DNA of 64,000 nucleotides from Lama glama (GCA_028534125.1 CM052817.1:58778001-58842000); one strand, 5' to 3'; counted from the stretch's first letter, positions 1-11,710 are shown. Made by a program: numbers and translations. Notes: generated by a model not told the origin, from the letters alone.

Positions 1-244
1 CTGTAGCATTATTTATAATAGTAAAAACTAGAAAAATCCAGGGATGCAGCAATAAGTAAAAAGCAGTAAGCTTTTTAAATAAAGCTTGTTATGGTAATTT
101 TGGAAATAAATAAAAATAAAGCAGATGCACCAAGGGAAATACTGCTGGAGAATACAAACTATTATGTTATCAGCAGTTATAGGTGATTAAAATGTGGCTG
201 ATTATTTTCTCCATAAGCTTTTAAACATTTTCAAGTTTTCTGAC

Positions 245-980
245 TATTCCTTCTTGCAACATACCCAGTTAATTTCTGACCCAAAACCATTTTACATTTC
301 TTTCTTACTAACAAAACCCTGAGTATTTTAGAGAAGCATATGCCCAGCTAAAAATACTAATTTAGCTTCCTTTAACGATAACGATGATTACATCAGACAG
401 TTGTACTTGATGAAATATAAGCAGAAGAGATTGAATGAGGAGTCCAAGAAATTTCTTTAAAATGGATTGGTCTTTTATGGCAGCCACCTTTTATTTTCTG
501 TTCTTCCCCTCTTCATACCTGGAATTAAAATACGACACTGGATGTGAAACAACCAACTCGTGACTGCAAGACCACAGATAGGATTCTAAAATCCCACGCC
601 AAGGAAGGCTTAGCAGAAAGACACAAAGCATCTGTATTTCTCATATCATTTTGGATACTGCTCCAGCCCTGAGCTACCTATTTCCAGACTTTTTTTTTTG
701 AGGTGATCAATGTGTTGATTATTATTTTTTTATTGAAGAATAGTCAGTTACAATGTGTCCATTTCTGGTGTACAGCATAATTTCTCAGTCATGCATTTAC
801 ATACATATATTCATTTTCATATTCTTCTTCATTGGTTATTACAAGATATTGAATATAGTTCCCTGTGCTAAATAGAAGAAACTTTTTTTTTTCTTAAGGG
901 ACAAAAATTCAATTCCTAATTTGTTTAAGCCATTGTTTAATTATGGTTTCTATGCTTCCAGCTAAAAGCAATCCCTGACA
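245..980 (+). mobile_element. Old MaLR LTR (MLT1H/I/J-like), split by an L1 3' fragment
   Basis: MLT1-type motifs (cccagctaaaaatact; gaaatataagcagaag; gcagaaagacacaaagc; cagccctgagctacctatttccagact) and a typical 3' end ttgtttaagccattg...cagctaaaagcaatccctgaca. Confidence 0.65.
690..890 (-). mobile_element. 5'-truncated L1 3' end (cetartiodactyl/camelid-type)
   Basis: poly(T) then tattgaagaatagtcagttacaatgtg...ggtgtacagcat...ttacaagatattgaatatagttccctgtgct, the reverse complement of an L1 3' UTR. Confidence 0.8.
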
Positions 981-1173
981 TCTTTATATATGTATTGCAT
1001 ACATACATATAGATATTATTTATTTTGTATATTTTATATATTTAAATTGATTAGATAAGTTTCTAAAGAATATGAAAATATATATTTGCAATTATATATA
1101 TACGTATATGTATATATAAACAGATAGGAGTACACTTGACAGAGACAGAACTATACACAAAGAACTACATACC

Positions 1174-1216
1174 TATATATGTACATATATGTATATATAT
1201 ATATATATATATATGT
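1174..1216. repeat. (TA)n microsatellite
   Basis: Direct reading; a further TA-rich tract lies at ~1092-1118. Confidence 0.9.
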
Positions 1217-1239
1217 AGTTTTTTCAAGATTTAGCTAAA

Positions 1240-1385
1240 AACAAGTTACTTAATCATTTATATCTTAGATTCCTCACTGTTAATAGGAGGATAATGGTAG
1301 TATTTTCCTTGTATTTGTGTGTGTGTGTGAATTTAAATACTTAGAACAGTATTAGGAGTTTATGAAGTTCTCCATAAATGCTGTA
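1240..1385 (+). mobile_element. MIR SINE fragment
   Basis: caagttacttaatc...ttcctcactgt...ggataat core and tacttagaacagt...ataaatg tail. Confidence 0.6.
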
Positions 1386-2099
1386 TCTAAATCATGGTTT
1401 GCAGTCAACTTGCATAATAGATCCTAATCTGCCATTTTAAAGATACCTCTCAGGAATTTATCTTTCCAAAATGTCTATTATTTTCTTTTCTTTTTCATTG
1501 CTTCATTAAATCTGCAGTTAATATATTTATGTCACATGAGTCTAATTTGGATTCAAGGTATAATGCTGAATTTCCTAACATAGCTTCTCAATATGAAAAA
1601 AAAAATTTCTTTAGTATGAACAAAAATGAGTCAGAATGAAATTGAAATTGTGATCTCCAAATTAGCTTTGTGATGAGGATCTATAGATTGTAACTGAGTC
1701 TGTCTCTCTGTTAGGTTAGAGATGTTTCCTGGGGAAATGTGAAGTTTACATATTTTCAGTGCATGATTTGTAAAGATGCCACTGATGGGAATTATTTATG
1801 TGATAGTCTTTAGAAAGCTTACGTGATAAACTTCAGTTCTTAAAAGATTTTACTTTGAAAACTGTTCTCTGAATTTTGTTTTCTGTTTTATCAGAAACCT
1901 TTTAATGTCACATATTTAAATTTTAAGAATATTGAAAGCAAGATTAATTGTCTATTAAATTAAACGTTAAATAGAATCATAAATGTATTCTGGAAGAGAA
2001 AAATCAATAAACAACTACTTATATGCATTTAAGTATTTTAAATTTCTATTTTTGAAAGCACAGCCAATTGGACACCTGTATAGTCACCAAAACTACCCT

Positions 2100-2228
2100 A
2101 TTTATTTATTTATTTACTTATTCATTCATTCACTCCTTAGAGCTTTATTGAGGGCTTATCATGTATTAAGCCTTCTAGGTGATAGGGATGAATAGAACAG
2201 ATAAAGACCTATTCTTGTGGAGTTTATT
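2100..2228 (-). mobile_element. L2 3' end fragment
   Basis: attcattcattc...tttattgagggcttatcatgt...aggtgatagggat...aacagataaagac. Confidence 0.6.
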
Positions 2229-2364
2229 TACTACTATGTACTATTTAAGTACATTAATGTACTATTTAAGTACATTAAATGTAATGTACTTATTCATTTT
2301 CCAAAATAGGTGTTAGGGAAAATATTTCCAAATTTGTTAATATGGTGTGTGTGGCATATTCCAC

Positions 2365-3620
2365 TTGCTCATTTATTTGTTCTTTCTGCAAGTATTTATT
2401 GATTATCTAATACGAATGAAGTACTTATAATAGTTATTTAGGTGATTCACAAAGACGCTTGAGGCTACACTTTTCTGCCCTCTGCCATGTGACTTGCTTT
2501 GGCAAATAAAATGTGAGTGGGAGTCATGAGTTTTGTTACTTATGAGTAGATTTAAAGGTCAAAGTGATTCTGAACGATGGGGCAAATGGGGCCTCCATTT
2601 AGCCTGTGTGATTGAGTGACTGTGATGCATAAAGCTCCGTTCCAGATTTCACATTGCCTTGTAGACTAGGGTAAAACGTTTTCACTGCGTTAAGCCATGA
2701 AACGCTGAAATTGTTTTTGTGAGTGAGGCATAACTTAACATATGCTGACTGCTACAGCACCATTCTGGGTGCTGAGGCTGTAATAAGTGAGCAAAGCAGA
2801 TAAAGTACCTGCCTACATGGACCTTATGTTCAAGCAATGAAATTAAAAATTGGATATAATAATGATAAATTGATTTATAACATGATGACAGTGAAAAGTG
2901 CATTAGGATAAAGTTTAGTAAAGAGTTATAGAATGGTAGTGGATGCTATTTTATGTGGAATGATCAGGAAAGCGGTTTTTGCAGAGACCTGATTTAGAGG
3001 ACAAGAGCCCTCAGGGAATGCACTAGCAACTGTGTTGCAACAGGACCAGCACACAGGTTCTAAACACAAACTGTATGGGTGCAGGCTGTACCCCCCATGC
3101 ACTAGCTCTTGTAAATATCTGGAGAAGCAGTAAGGAAATGGGGAGGCTCTGAGGCAAGAGAGTGGTCCGTGTGAACAACGTGGAGCCCAATGTGCCTACA
3201 GTAAACTGAGGAAGGGGGAGACTTGTAGGAGGTGAGAATTTAAAGGTTGTGTGAATGCACAGGTCAAATAAAGCCTCATAGGCCTTGGAAACAAGTGAGA
3301 AAAAAAAATGTTGAACACAGGAATGATATGATTTGACATAAGAGTTTAAAAGATCACCTTGACTTCTCAGCAGAGAACAACCCAGAAGAGCAAGGGTGGC
3401 AGCAGAGAGGCCATTAGGACACTGTGGTGGTCCTGGGAAATTGTGTTTGAGCCAACACAAAGTGTCAAAATAAGAATATTTGAAAATTGAGCCAACAGGG
3501 TTGCTTTGACACTGTGATTATGAGATGAAGGGAACAGGGAGTGTAAGAACAGATTAAGGACAAAGCCTTGTCCTAGATGAAGGAATGTGAGGATGACTGT
3601 CTGGAACAAAAAGAATGAGA
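2365..3620 (-). mobile_element. L2 element interrupted by an MLT1 LTR
   Basis: L2 tail at 2365-2425 resumes at ~2757 (gcaccattctgggtgctgagg...gcaaagcaga...cctgcctacatgga); L2 body motifs gatatgatttgac, aaagatcacctt, gagccaacagg. Confidence 0.7.
2430..2756 (+). mobile_element. MLT1H/I-like MaLR LTR
   Basis: gccatgtgacttgctttggcaaataaaatgtgagtgggagt ... gttaagccatgaa ... gcataacttaacatatgctgactgctaca. Confidence 0.7.
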
Positions 3621-3730
3621 AATTAGATCTCATGCTGAATTCCACAACAGAGTTGACCTTGATCTAGATTAAGGGGCTAATACTCTATCACAGTTATTCC
3701 TTCCTCTCAAGGAGTGTTGTCTAAGATTCA

Positions 3731-4666
3731 TATAGTGCAAACTGTTGTTGATATCCCACCCCTAACCTCTCGACAAGTTACCATTTCTGTGCTCTTGGTC
3801 CAACTCCCAGTCAGCCAGCAACTTTGCCTGAGGGCTGTATAGGTAGATGCAAAGTGCCAGGGAATTAATTCTCTCAAGGGGAAAACCCTCAAACAATTTC
3901 TTACAGAATTTGGGTAAATAACTCAGCTCCCTAACCTCTTGGGCAGAATAACTCTGAGGTACTCATTTCACATGGGCACCTAGAGCTTCCTGGTGGGATT
4001 AAGCTCCAATTTTCCAGTTAGGTAATATGTTTGAAAATGTACCTTGTATGTGTTTTTTTTCCCCTTCCCTGAGTCACCTGTCTATTCCCTGATGGTATTT
4101 CCTAGTGTTAGCTCCCTTCAATAAACTATTGGCAGGTATTTCTTGACTTATAGCATGTTAGTGTCCCTATAAACCCATTATAAATTGAAAATATCATAAG
4201 TCAAAAGTGGATTTAATACACCTAACCTACCAAACATCATAGCTTAGCCCAGCCTACTTTAAATGTACTCACAACACTTCCATTAGCCTACATTTGGGGA
4301 AAATTATTTAATAATAACCATTGAATACATCATGTAATTTACTGCATACAGTGCTGAAAGTGAAAAACAGAGTGGTTGTATGGAAAGAGAATGGTTGTAA
4401 GTGTATCAGTTGTTTACCTTCATGATCCTGTGGCTGATGGGGAGCTGTGGCATCTACCCAGCATCACAGAGAGCATTGTACCACATATCACTAGCCCAGG
4501 AAAAGATCAAAATTCAAATATTGAAGTATGGTTTCTACTGAATGTGCATGGCTTTCTGACAGCTGTTAAGTCAAAAAATCGTAAGACAAATCTCCCTAAG
4601 TCAGGGACTGTCTGTACTCAAATCCTTTTCTCAGGATTTGCTTCTAGAGAAACCCAAATTAAGACA
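3731..4666 (+). mobile_element. LTR16-like ERVL solo LTR interrupted by MER47
   Basis: tttgcctgagggct, gtgccagggaattaa, cagctccct, gggattaagctcca, aataaacta...ctcaaatcc...tgcttctagagaaacccaaattaagaca; near-TSD attca/gttca. Confidence 0.8.
4133..4614 (+). mobile_element. MER47/Tigger5-family TcMar-Tigger MITE
   Basis: atttaatacacctaacctaccaaacatcatagcttagcc...gaaagtgaaaaacag...ggtttctactgaatg; degenerate TIRs (cagg...gactta / taagtcagggactgtctg) followed by TA. Confidence 0.9.
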
Positions 4667-5419
4667 GTTCATACACACAAAAAATGTTATTGAAGTTGAA
4701 TATTTTCTTAAAAATCTATGGTTTTACTTAGAGTGAGTCAACATTTACTGATGGTGCATAGGTACAATATTGCAAAGACTCTCACATTTAATCTTCAAAG
4801 CATATTTATAGAGTATACAGTAATTTATATAGTAAATTTGAAAATTATTCATCTGGCTTGCTAGAGAAGGAAGTAACTATTTAAACAGAAGTTTCAAACA
4901 TGATAAGGCAAGGGTTCTTTTTTTCTTTGTTTTATTTACTAATGAATTCCAATGACCTAGAAGAGTCCTTGGCATATACATGCACTTAATGAGTATTTTA
5001 AAGAACACTTCAACTAAAAATAGTTCATCTTCATCTGGGGCGGATGTTGTTTTTGATAGGGAACCCAGACTGAAGAGGGCACCTATTTGAGCTATAAAGG
5101 AGAAAGGAGTTTCCAAGCAAGCTGCAGAGATCAAGTGAAGTAGTCAGTGGAACAGCACACATAAGATCCCTCAGTGTTGTGGATGTTGTACATGCTTTAG
5201 AGTTGTTTTAACTAAGACTCAGAGTAGTGAAACAATGTGTTCACAGTCTCAAGACTGATAAAAAAGACTAGATTTGAGCTCACACTTGTCTCTCCCTCTC
5301 CTCACCTTAACGTTATCTTGAACTCTTCTTGAGAATTGGCCAAGGTTTAGCAGTTATGCTTTAGAAAAATTGGGTGTAAGACCATGTTTTTATAACAGAG
5401 ACTTTTTTTTTTTAACAAG

Positions 5420-5734
5420 TGCCTTAGTCAGCTTGGGCTGCTATAAATAATAACCATAAATTGGATGGCTTAAACAACAAACATTTATTTCTCATAGTTC
5501 TAGAGGTTGGGAAGAGCCTTCTTCCTGGTTTGCAGGCAGCAAGTGTATCTTTACATGGTGGAGAAAGAAAGAGCTCTGGATTCTTCTTCCAGTTCCATCG
5601 TGGGAGCTCCACCCTCATGACCTGATCTAAACCTAATTACCTCCCAAAGACCCCGCCTCCAAATACCATTCCACTGGGGATTAGGTCTTCAACCTGTGAA
5701 TTTGCAGAAGGACACAAATCTTCAGTCTGTAGCA
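5420..5734 (-). mobile_element. MLT1A-like MaLR solo LTR
   Basis: ttagtcagcttgggctgctata...ggcttaaacaacaaacatttatttctcatagttct...acctcccaaagaccccgcctccaaatacc...ttcagtctgtagca. Confidence 0.9.
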
Positions 5735-7457
5735 ATTAGCATAAATTTAGGATAGTTTCAATATTACTTCTCATTGTAATCTGGAACCAAAATGAGAAAA
5801 AAGAATTCTAGAATAGATCCAATGGGATGATGGGAAAGGAAAGACAGGCACTTACTCTTCCATGTTCTAACAAGTAAATGGCAATACATGAACAAAAAGT
5901 CTTGCAAAATATGATAAATTACAACATACTTTAAAAAATATCTGAAATAAACAAGTAGCCATCAGCAAAGAGGATAAAATTCAACTAGCAGGTGCTCCCA
6001 CAAAGGTGAAAAGAGGGTTTTCCTTTGAAGAGTCTGGAAAAAGTAAGAAAAAAATCTTCTCTAATAAGACTTTTATAATAGGTTCCTGAGATTTGAGACC
6101 CTACAGCCAAAACAAAACGAAGCAACACAAAAAATGAACAGAGTCCTTAGAATCAGACCGATGGACCCACACTCACTGGCATCCTCAGGCTGAGAACACA
6201 ATTCATGCTCGGAAGTACATTTAAGTGCATCTCCTCAGGTTTTCTGTGACCTCAATCGGTTGCCCCTCTCTTCAGTCCCTCTCATTTACCTGTCAGAAGC
6301 GTGACTTATACATACTCTTTCTACCCTCGCCTCCAGCCGAGGAACCCAAGCACATTCTTTCATGAATCATTATCATAACCTTTTAAACACTTGGGAGTCT
6401 TTTCAAATAAAAGCAAGAAAGAGGTTGAGATTTTTGAATTCCAGTTTTGCCCTTGGATAAGAGTAATCAGTTATTAAGCTATCATATTTTTATAGGAGAT
6501 GTCTCATGTCATTTTTAAGATTATTTACACATCATTCTTTGTCTAAAAAAAGTGTCTATTACTCTAATTCCCAAAGTCTAATCTAATTTTTCTCTCCTTA
6601 TATACTAAAGAAATTATTTTCAATAACTCTACCCTGTTATTTTGTGAAATTCACTGTCAATAATTTGAGTAGAGAACTGGATATCTAGTTCCAAAGTCTC
6701 TCTTACTGAAATTCTCTGGTGCTCTGCCTAAATATTTTTTGAACCCTTTCCAGAAGTGTTCATTATTAGAAATAGCTGGAGAGTTCTGTCTAAAACTGCT
6801 TTCTGATGATACAGAGCCCCAGGGACCCTAGGATAGCAAGACTTTTGTGTATTCCAGCAAGACTAACAACCCCAAAGAATTTTTAAGAAGAAATTAACTT
6901 ACAAATATCACAAAACAAGCACTAAAAGGAAGGAAATAGAAATCATGTATTTAGGCTATTAGACATTCTTTTCTTGCATACTTAGTCTTTACTATGTTAG
7001 CTAATAAAATTTAACACTAAACCATTTTCTCTAAAATATTTTTCATCTTATTATGCACTATTTTTTCTTTAGTGGGTCATCCGTGGTACTCATTTGCCTA
7101 GGTACCACACAATTTGGCACATAATCACACATAGTTTATATGATTATCTAAATGCTTATTTCTTTGGTAGATTACACATGATTAAATTTGCTAAAATACT
7201 GACTTCTTTCCTTGTTTTTAGCTACAGAACTGAAGTAACCATTATTATATTTCTCAACAAAACTGACAGTCCTGGGCACAATGCCTTGTTCATAATAAAT
7301 TCCCTAATGTTGGCTGGGCTAATGAATAAATGGATAAGTACTTGCTGAGTTGAATTAAAATTAAATGCATACTGGAGAAGAATTACTGTTGGTAGGAATC
7401 ATGGAAACTATTTTTGTTGTCTAAGCTGTTCATGTGCTATATTCATCCTTAGATGTG

Positions 7458-8180
7458 TATTATTGAGAGAGCGCTTGGTGCCAAACACTGTTAAGTGCTT
7501 TACTTATATCATCTCTCTTAATCCTCACAATAACCATAGAGAAATAATTAGTCATAAATCCTTCATTTGCAACTGACAGAAAATCCAAATCAAATTGGCT
7601 TAAAGAACAAGGGGTTATGACATAATTTCATTCTGGGTCCATGTGAGCAAGGCTATGTCCTGACTGTACGTTATCTAGATTGGCTCCAGGTAGCGGCTGT
7701 CAGTAGCTTTAAGTTCTCCCATCTTGGTTGCAAGATTGTTGTAGTTACCGAGGAAACAACCTTCTATGTTCAAAATATTGGAAATGCAGGAAGGTTTCAT
7801 TCCAAGAAGTCTTAGCAAATGTCTCTCCAGAGAAGGTACGTACCTACTCATCCTGAACCAGTCACTGTAACCAGCCGGGTGGAATATACTTCTAGTTTAA
7901 GCTAATCACAGTCTCCTGGAATGAAATGATATCAAATCATTTGGAATCATATAGACTTATTGGGGGAAATAAACTGATAGGAACATCAGAGTATGTTCAT
8001 TAAAGAATGTAGAAATGGCATTAGGATCAAAATTTAAGTAAAAGGAAACCACTATATTACCTCTGTTTTTAAGATAAGGAAACAAAGATGCAAAAGGTTT
8101 ATGTAGCTTTCCCAAGATCACACAGCTAATATTGGCAGAAATGCAATTCAAAATTATCTGTCTCCAACCCCAATATATTA
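7458..8180 (-). mobile_element. MIR split by an old MLT1J/K-like LTR (~7545-8040)
   Basis: MIR part ccaaacactgttaagtgctttac...ttaatcctcacaataacc resumes at ~8050 (gataaggaaacaaa...cccaagatcacacagctaat); the insert begins ttgcaactgacagaaaatccaaatcaaattggcttaaa. Confidence 0.65.
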
Positions 8181-9008
8181 CACACCCTCCCTTAAATATT
8201 TATTCACTGTTCTTAGCTCTGCAGTCTGCCATTTCAAAAGTGCTGCTAAAGTCTCCTGCAAATGAAAGACTGTCACTACTAGCAATAAATATATTTTCTT
8301 TTTATAGTACAACTTTATCTGAATGACATCTTTTCATTTCTGTGTAACTGATAACATTTTCATTCACTGCCTAATTTTTCTTTCCAAAGCTAATGGTCAC
8401 CCACCTGTATTTTAGGAATGTGCTGATTGAATAAAAAATAAAAGAAAAAGGAATTACTTATCTAATCAGTAGTGACAGAAAATTGGTAGGAGCCATACTT
8501 ATTACAGCAAACATATTAGAGCATTAACCAAAGCATTCAGTGTAGGATTTATTTATATTTTTTTGATGAGTCCACAGTGGTCATTTAAGATTTGGTTTAA
8601 GACTAAGGAAATCAATCAGCCTGTTCTAGGTAATATAACTTTTGCATTCTGATACTCCTGTAACAGAGAAACAAACAATGTATTAGCAATTTAGCTGAAT
8701 ACATGAAATGAACTGATTAGTACATGTTAAAAAAAAAAAACACTGGTAAAACTTTGTCACTTTAGTTTGGACCTGTTAAGTATCTTAATTTGTAATTTGA
8801 AGCAAGTGTATCCAGACAGTTTTCTCTAATATAAGTTACATTTATTAAATCTGAAGGTGTTTCCTTTGTCCAATACTTTCCACTGATTCCAAAGAGAATT
8901 TTTGAATCAAGTTTTGGTAACTTTCTGGAGTCCTGCGTTCTCTGTCTTCTCTTACCTTTCACTGATGTTTCATATCCAAGATTAGAAGGACTAGTTTTAA
9001 CCTTGATG

Positions 9009-9132
9009 GTTTTTTTTTAACATTTTTTATTGATTTATAATCATTTTACAATGTTGTGTCGAATTCCAGTGTTCAGCACAATTTTTCAGTCATTCATGGA
9101 CATATACACACTCATTGTCACATTTTTTTCTC
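9009..9132 (-). mobile_element. Young, heavily 5'-truncated L1 3' end (camelid-like) with TSD
   Basis: poly(T)-aacattttttattgatttataatcattttacaatgttgtgtc...; TSD aaccttgatg at 8999-9008 and 9133-9142. Confidence 0.85.
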
Positions 9133-9544
9133 AACCTTGATGTTTTTGATACACTTTTTAGCTAATGTTTATTAATACTTCTATTTTAAGAGAAGAGTAA
9201 ATTCAAACAAATTAATCTAAAAATTTGTCCTCAATTTTATAATAGAATTTAAAACATTGATTATTTCTAAAATAAAAGTGGTAGAGAAAAAATAGAGGGT
9301 ATGTGTGAATCTGTATTTAAAATTTTACCTTCCTGGATCCGTTGGAGGGAGAACTCCAAAATCAAGGAAGCTGGCAGAGCCAAGGAAAGAATAGTGGAGG
9401 TCATCAGACTAGAGAGTGGAGTCCAGTCAGTCGCCAAACCACATGGTTTAAATCACGTCCTTAAATCTGAGTCAACCGTCAAATCTGGATTGGCCTTGGA
9501 TAAAAACTGACCATAGAGGGGCTACCGTTCTTTGGCATGGGAAG

Positions 9545-11622
9545 TGTTACGGACAGAATATATATATATTCTGATCATATATATATAATCAGCAAACTGC
9601 TGTTAACAAATACCTAAAAATTTGGAAGCAGCTTAGGAACTGGGTAATGGGTAAAGCAGCTGGAGGAGTTCTGAAGTACATGCTAGAGAAAACCTAGATT
9701 GTTGTGAGGGGACTGGTAATGTTGATAAACTATTAATTAGCAGTCAACCTGAGAAAGAAATAGAGAATTTCATTCCATCAACCAGTGGATTATAAACCTG
9801 GAGACAGTCCTTCAGAAAGTTCTGAAGACTCTTCTGCCTGTTGGAGGTCTAAGCACAGTTACATAAATTTTTGAGACAGAGTTATACATCAGATGGCTGA
9901 AAGTTTACATGATCTGGATCTGCACAAAGGGAGTACTGGGTCATCATGACCCTTGACAGGATTAAGAAGGAATGTTATCTCTTAAGGAGGTCCGTACACT
10001 AAATGGGAGAGAGGAGGCCCAGGCGTGCAGAGGAAAATTTTATGTTTATTTCTTGTCTTGCCATAAAATATGAATTTTATTTCATTGGTAGAAATATGGA
10101 CATTAAATGTGATTCTGGTGAAAGCTCAGGAAAAAAAGAGGAGAGCGGGAGAGAAAACTTCTGTCTTCTTAGAGAGTGTATAAATGATCACAAACAAAAT
10201 GTTGGCAGAACTACTCTGGCAATGTCTCAGACAGAAAGGAGGAATATACTGTTGGACAATGGAGAAAAAGATATTCAGGTTACATAGTGTCAAAAAAACA
10301 TGGCTGAATTGTGTTCTTATGTTTTGTGGAAGGTAAAATGATGAGGTTGAATATTTAGCTGAAGAGATTTCTCAGCAAAATCTTGAAGTGCTCCCTGGGT
10401 GCTCCCAACTGCTTATAGTAAAGTCTAAGAGGAGAGAGATGAATTAAAGGATAGTTAAGCAAGAAAGGAACCAGAACTGAAAGATTTGGGAGTTCTCAGC
10501 TTCTCTTTATTGCAAAAAAGAGAAAGCATGTTCTGAGAACCTCAGAGTTGTGGCTGGACTATCACTTGATGAAGAGATTATGGGATTCCACCAGCAGAAA
10601 CACTGCCAGTTTGAACTGAAGCAGTGAGAGGTGGACAGGAGTTCTTAGATTCTACAGGATGGGACAGTGGAGCTATTTGGCTGTGAAAATCCTTCAAGAA
10701 AAAGGAGGAATGACCCAAAGGTGATTCAGAGTTCTGCAGAACTGCCAGTCTCACCACAGGTTCAAGGGGCAGGACTGGTTTAGAAGGGTGGAGTCTCCTC
10801 TGTTTTGGGGTGCTAATATGCCACCACCCATTGCCTTAGGTGCAAGGCCAAAGTCGTAGTAGGTGGGCTTCCCCACTGAGCTGAAGGGACAGGACTTCTC
10901 CAAAGAACCGTGGGGATGCTGCTGCCATTTCTAGTGTGCTGGAGAGCAGAGCAAAGGTTATTATATTCAAGCCTTAGGATTTAATGCAGTTTCCCTTGTT
11001 AAGTTTAAACTTACTTGAGACCTTCACCTAATTTCTCCCATTTTGAGTGGGAGTGTCCTGTCTTATGCCGCCCAGCTGTTGTATTTTGGAAGCACATAAC
11101 TTGTCTGGTTTCACAGGTTCACAGCTGGAGATGAATTTTGCCTCAGGATATCTAACCCATACCTAATTTAGATGAGACTATGGAGTTTTGGCATAGAGTT
11201 GATGCTGGAATAATTTAAGATTTCAGGGACTTTGGGATAGGACAAATATATTTTCATGTAAAGACATGGATTTGGGATAAGCAGGGATAAAATGTCATGG
11301 ACTGAATACATGTGCCCCCCAAATTCATATGTTAAAGTCCTAACCCCAAGTGTGGCTATATTTGGAGTAAGAAAGTAATTAAGGTTAAATGAGGTCATAA
11401 AGGTAGGGCCTGATTTGATAGGATTAAGTGATACCAGAGAGTGTGTGATTGCATTCTCTCTTTATCATGTGAGGACATTGCAAGCCAGGAAGAGAGCTCT
11501 CAAACTGGAACCCCATCATGCTGGTACCCTGATCTTGGACATTCAGCCTTCAGAACTGTAACAAAATTTCAAACCACCCAATCTGTGGTATTTGTTTATA
11601 TCAGCTTGAGCCAATTCATACA
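9545..11622 (+). mobile_element. MaLR (MLT1A-like) provirus: residual 5' LTR, internal region, complete 3' LTR (~11293-11622)
   Basis: TG...CA termini, 5-bp TSD ggaag (9540-9544, 11623-11627), MLT-int motifs (aaatacctaaaaat..ggaagcagct..ggaactgggtaatggg; ggctgaattgtgttc; tgtattttggaagca), LTR tgtcatggactgaat...cagccttcagaactgt. Confidence 0.9.
9720..10084 (-). mobile_element. ERV1 solo LTR, MER41-like, nested in the MaLR internal region
   Basis: tgttgata...agtcaa...gagaatttcattc...gacagtccttcagaaagttctgaagac...cacagttacata...gagaca, ending tttca; MLT-int sequence resumes directly after. Confidence 0.65.
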
Positions 11623-11710
11623 GGAAGGGTGGTTAAATTTAAACTGCAAGGGAAAAATCACAATCACTGGTGTAATTTAATATACAGTTTTGATACTATT
11701 ACAAAATATT

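Noticed and set aside
2236..2292. NUMT of the mitochondrial control-region TAS repeats (gtacatta/atgta motifs)
   Set aside because: Similarity is limited to short AT-rich words, with no flanking D-loop sequence
8762..8962. Minus-strand 66-aa ORF and nearby donor AAG|GTAAGA
   Set aside because: The ORF lies on the intron side of the donor, there is no good acceptor, and no recognisable homology
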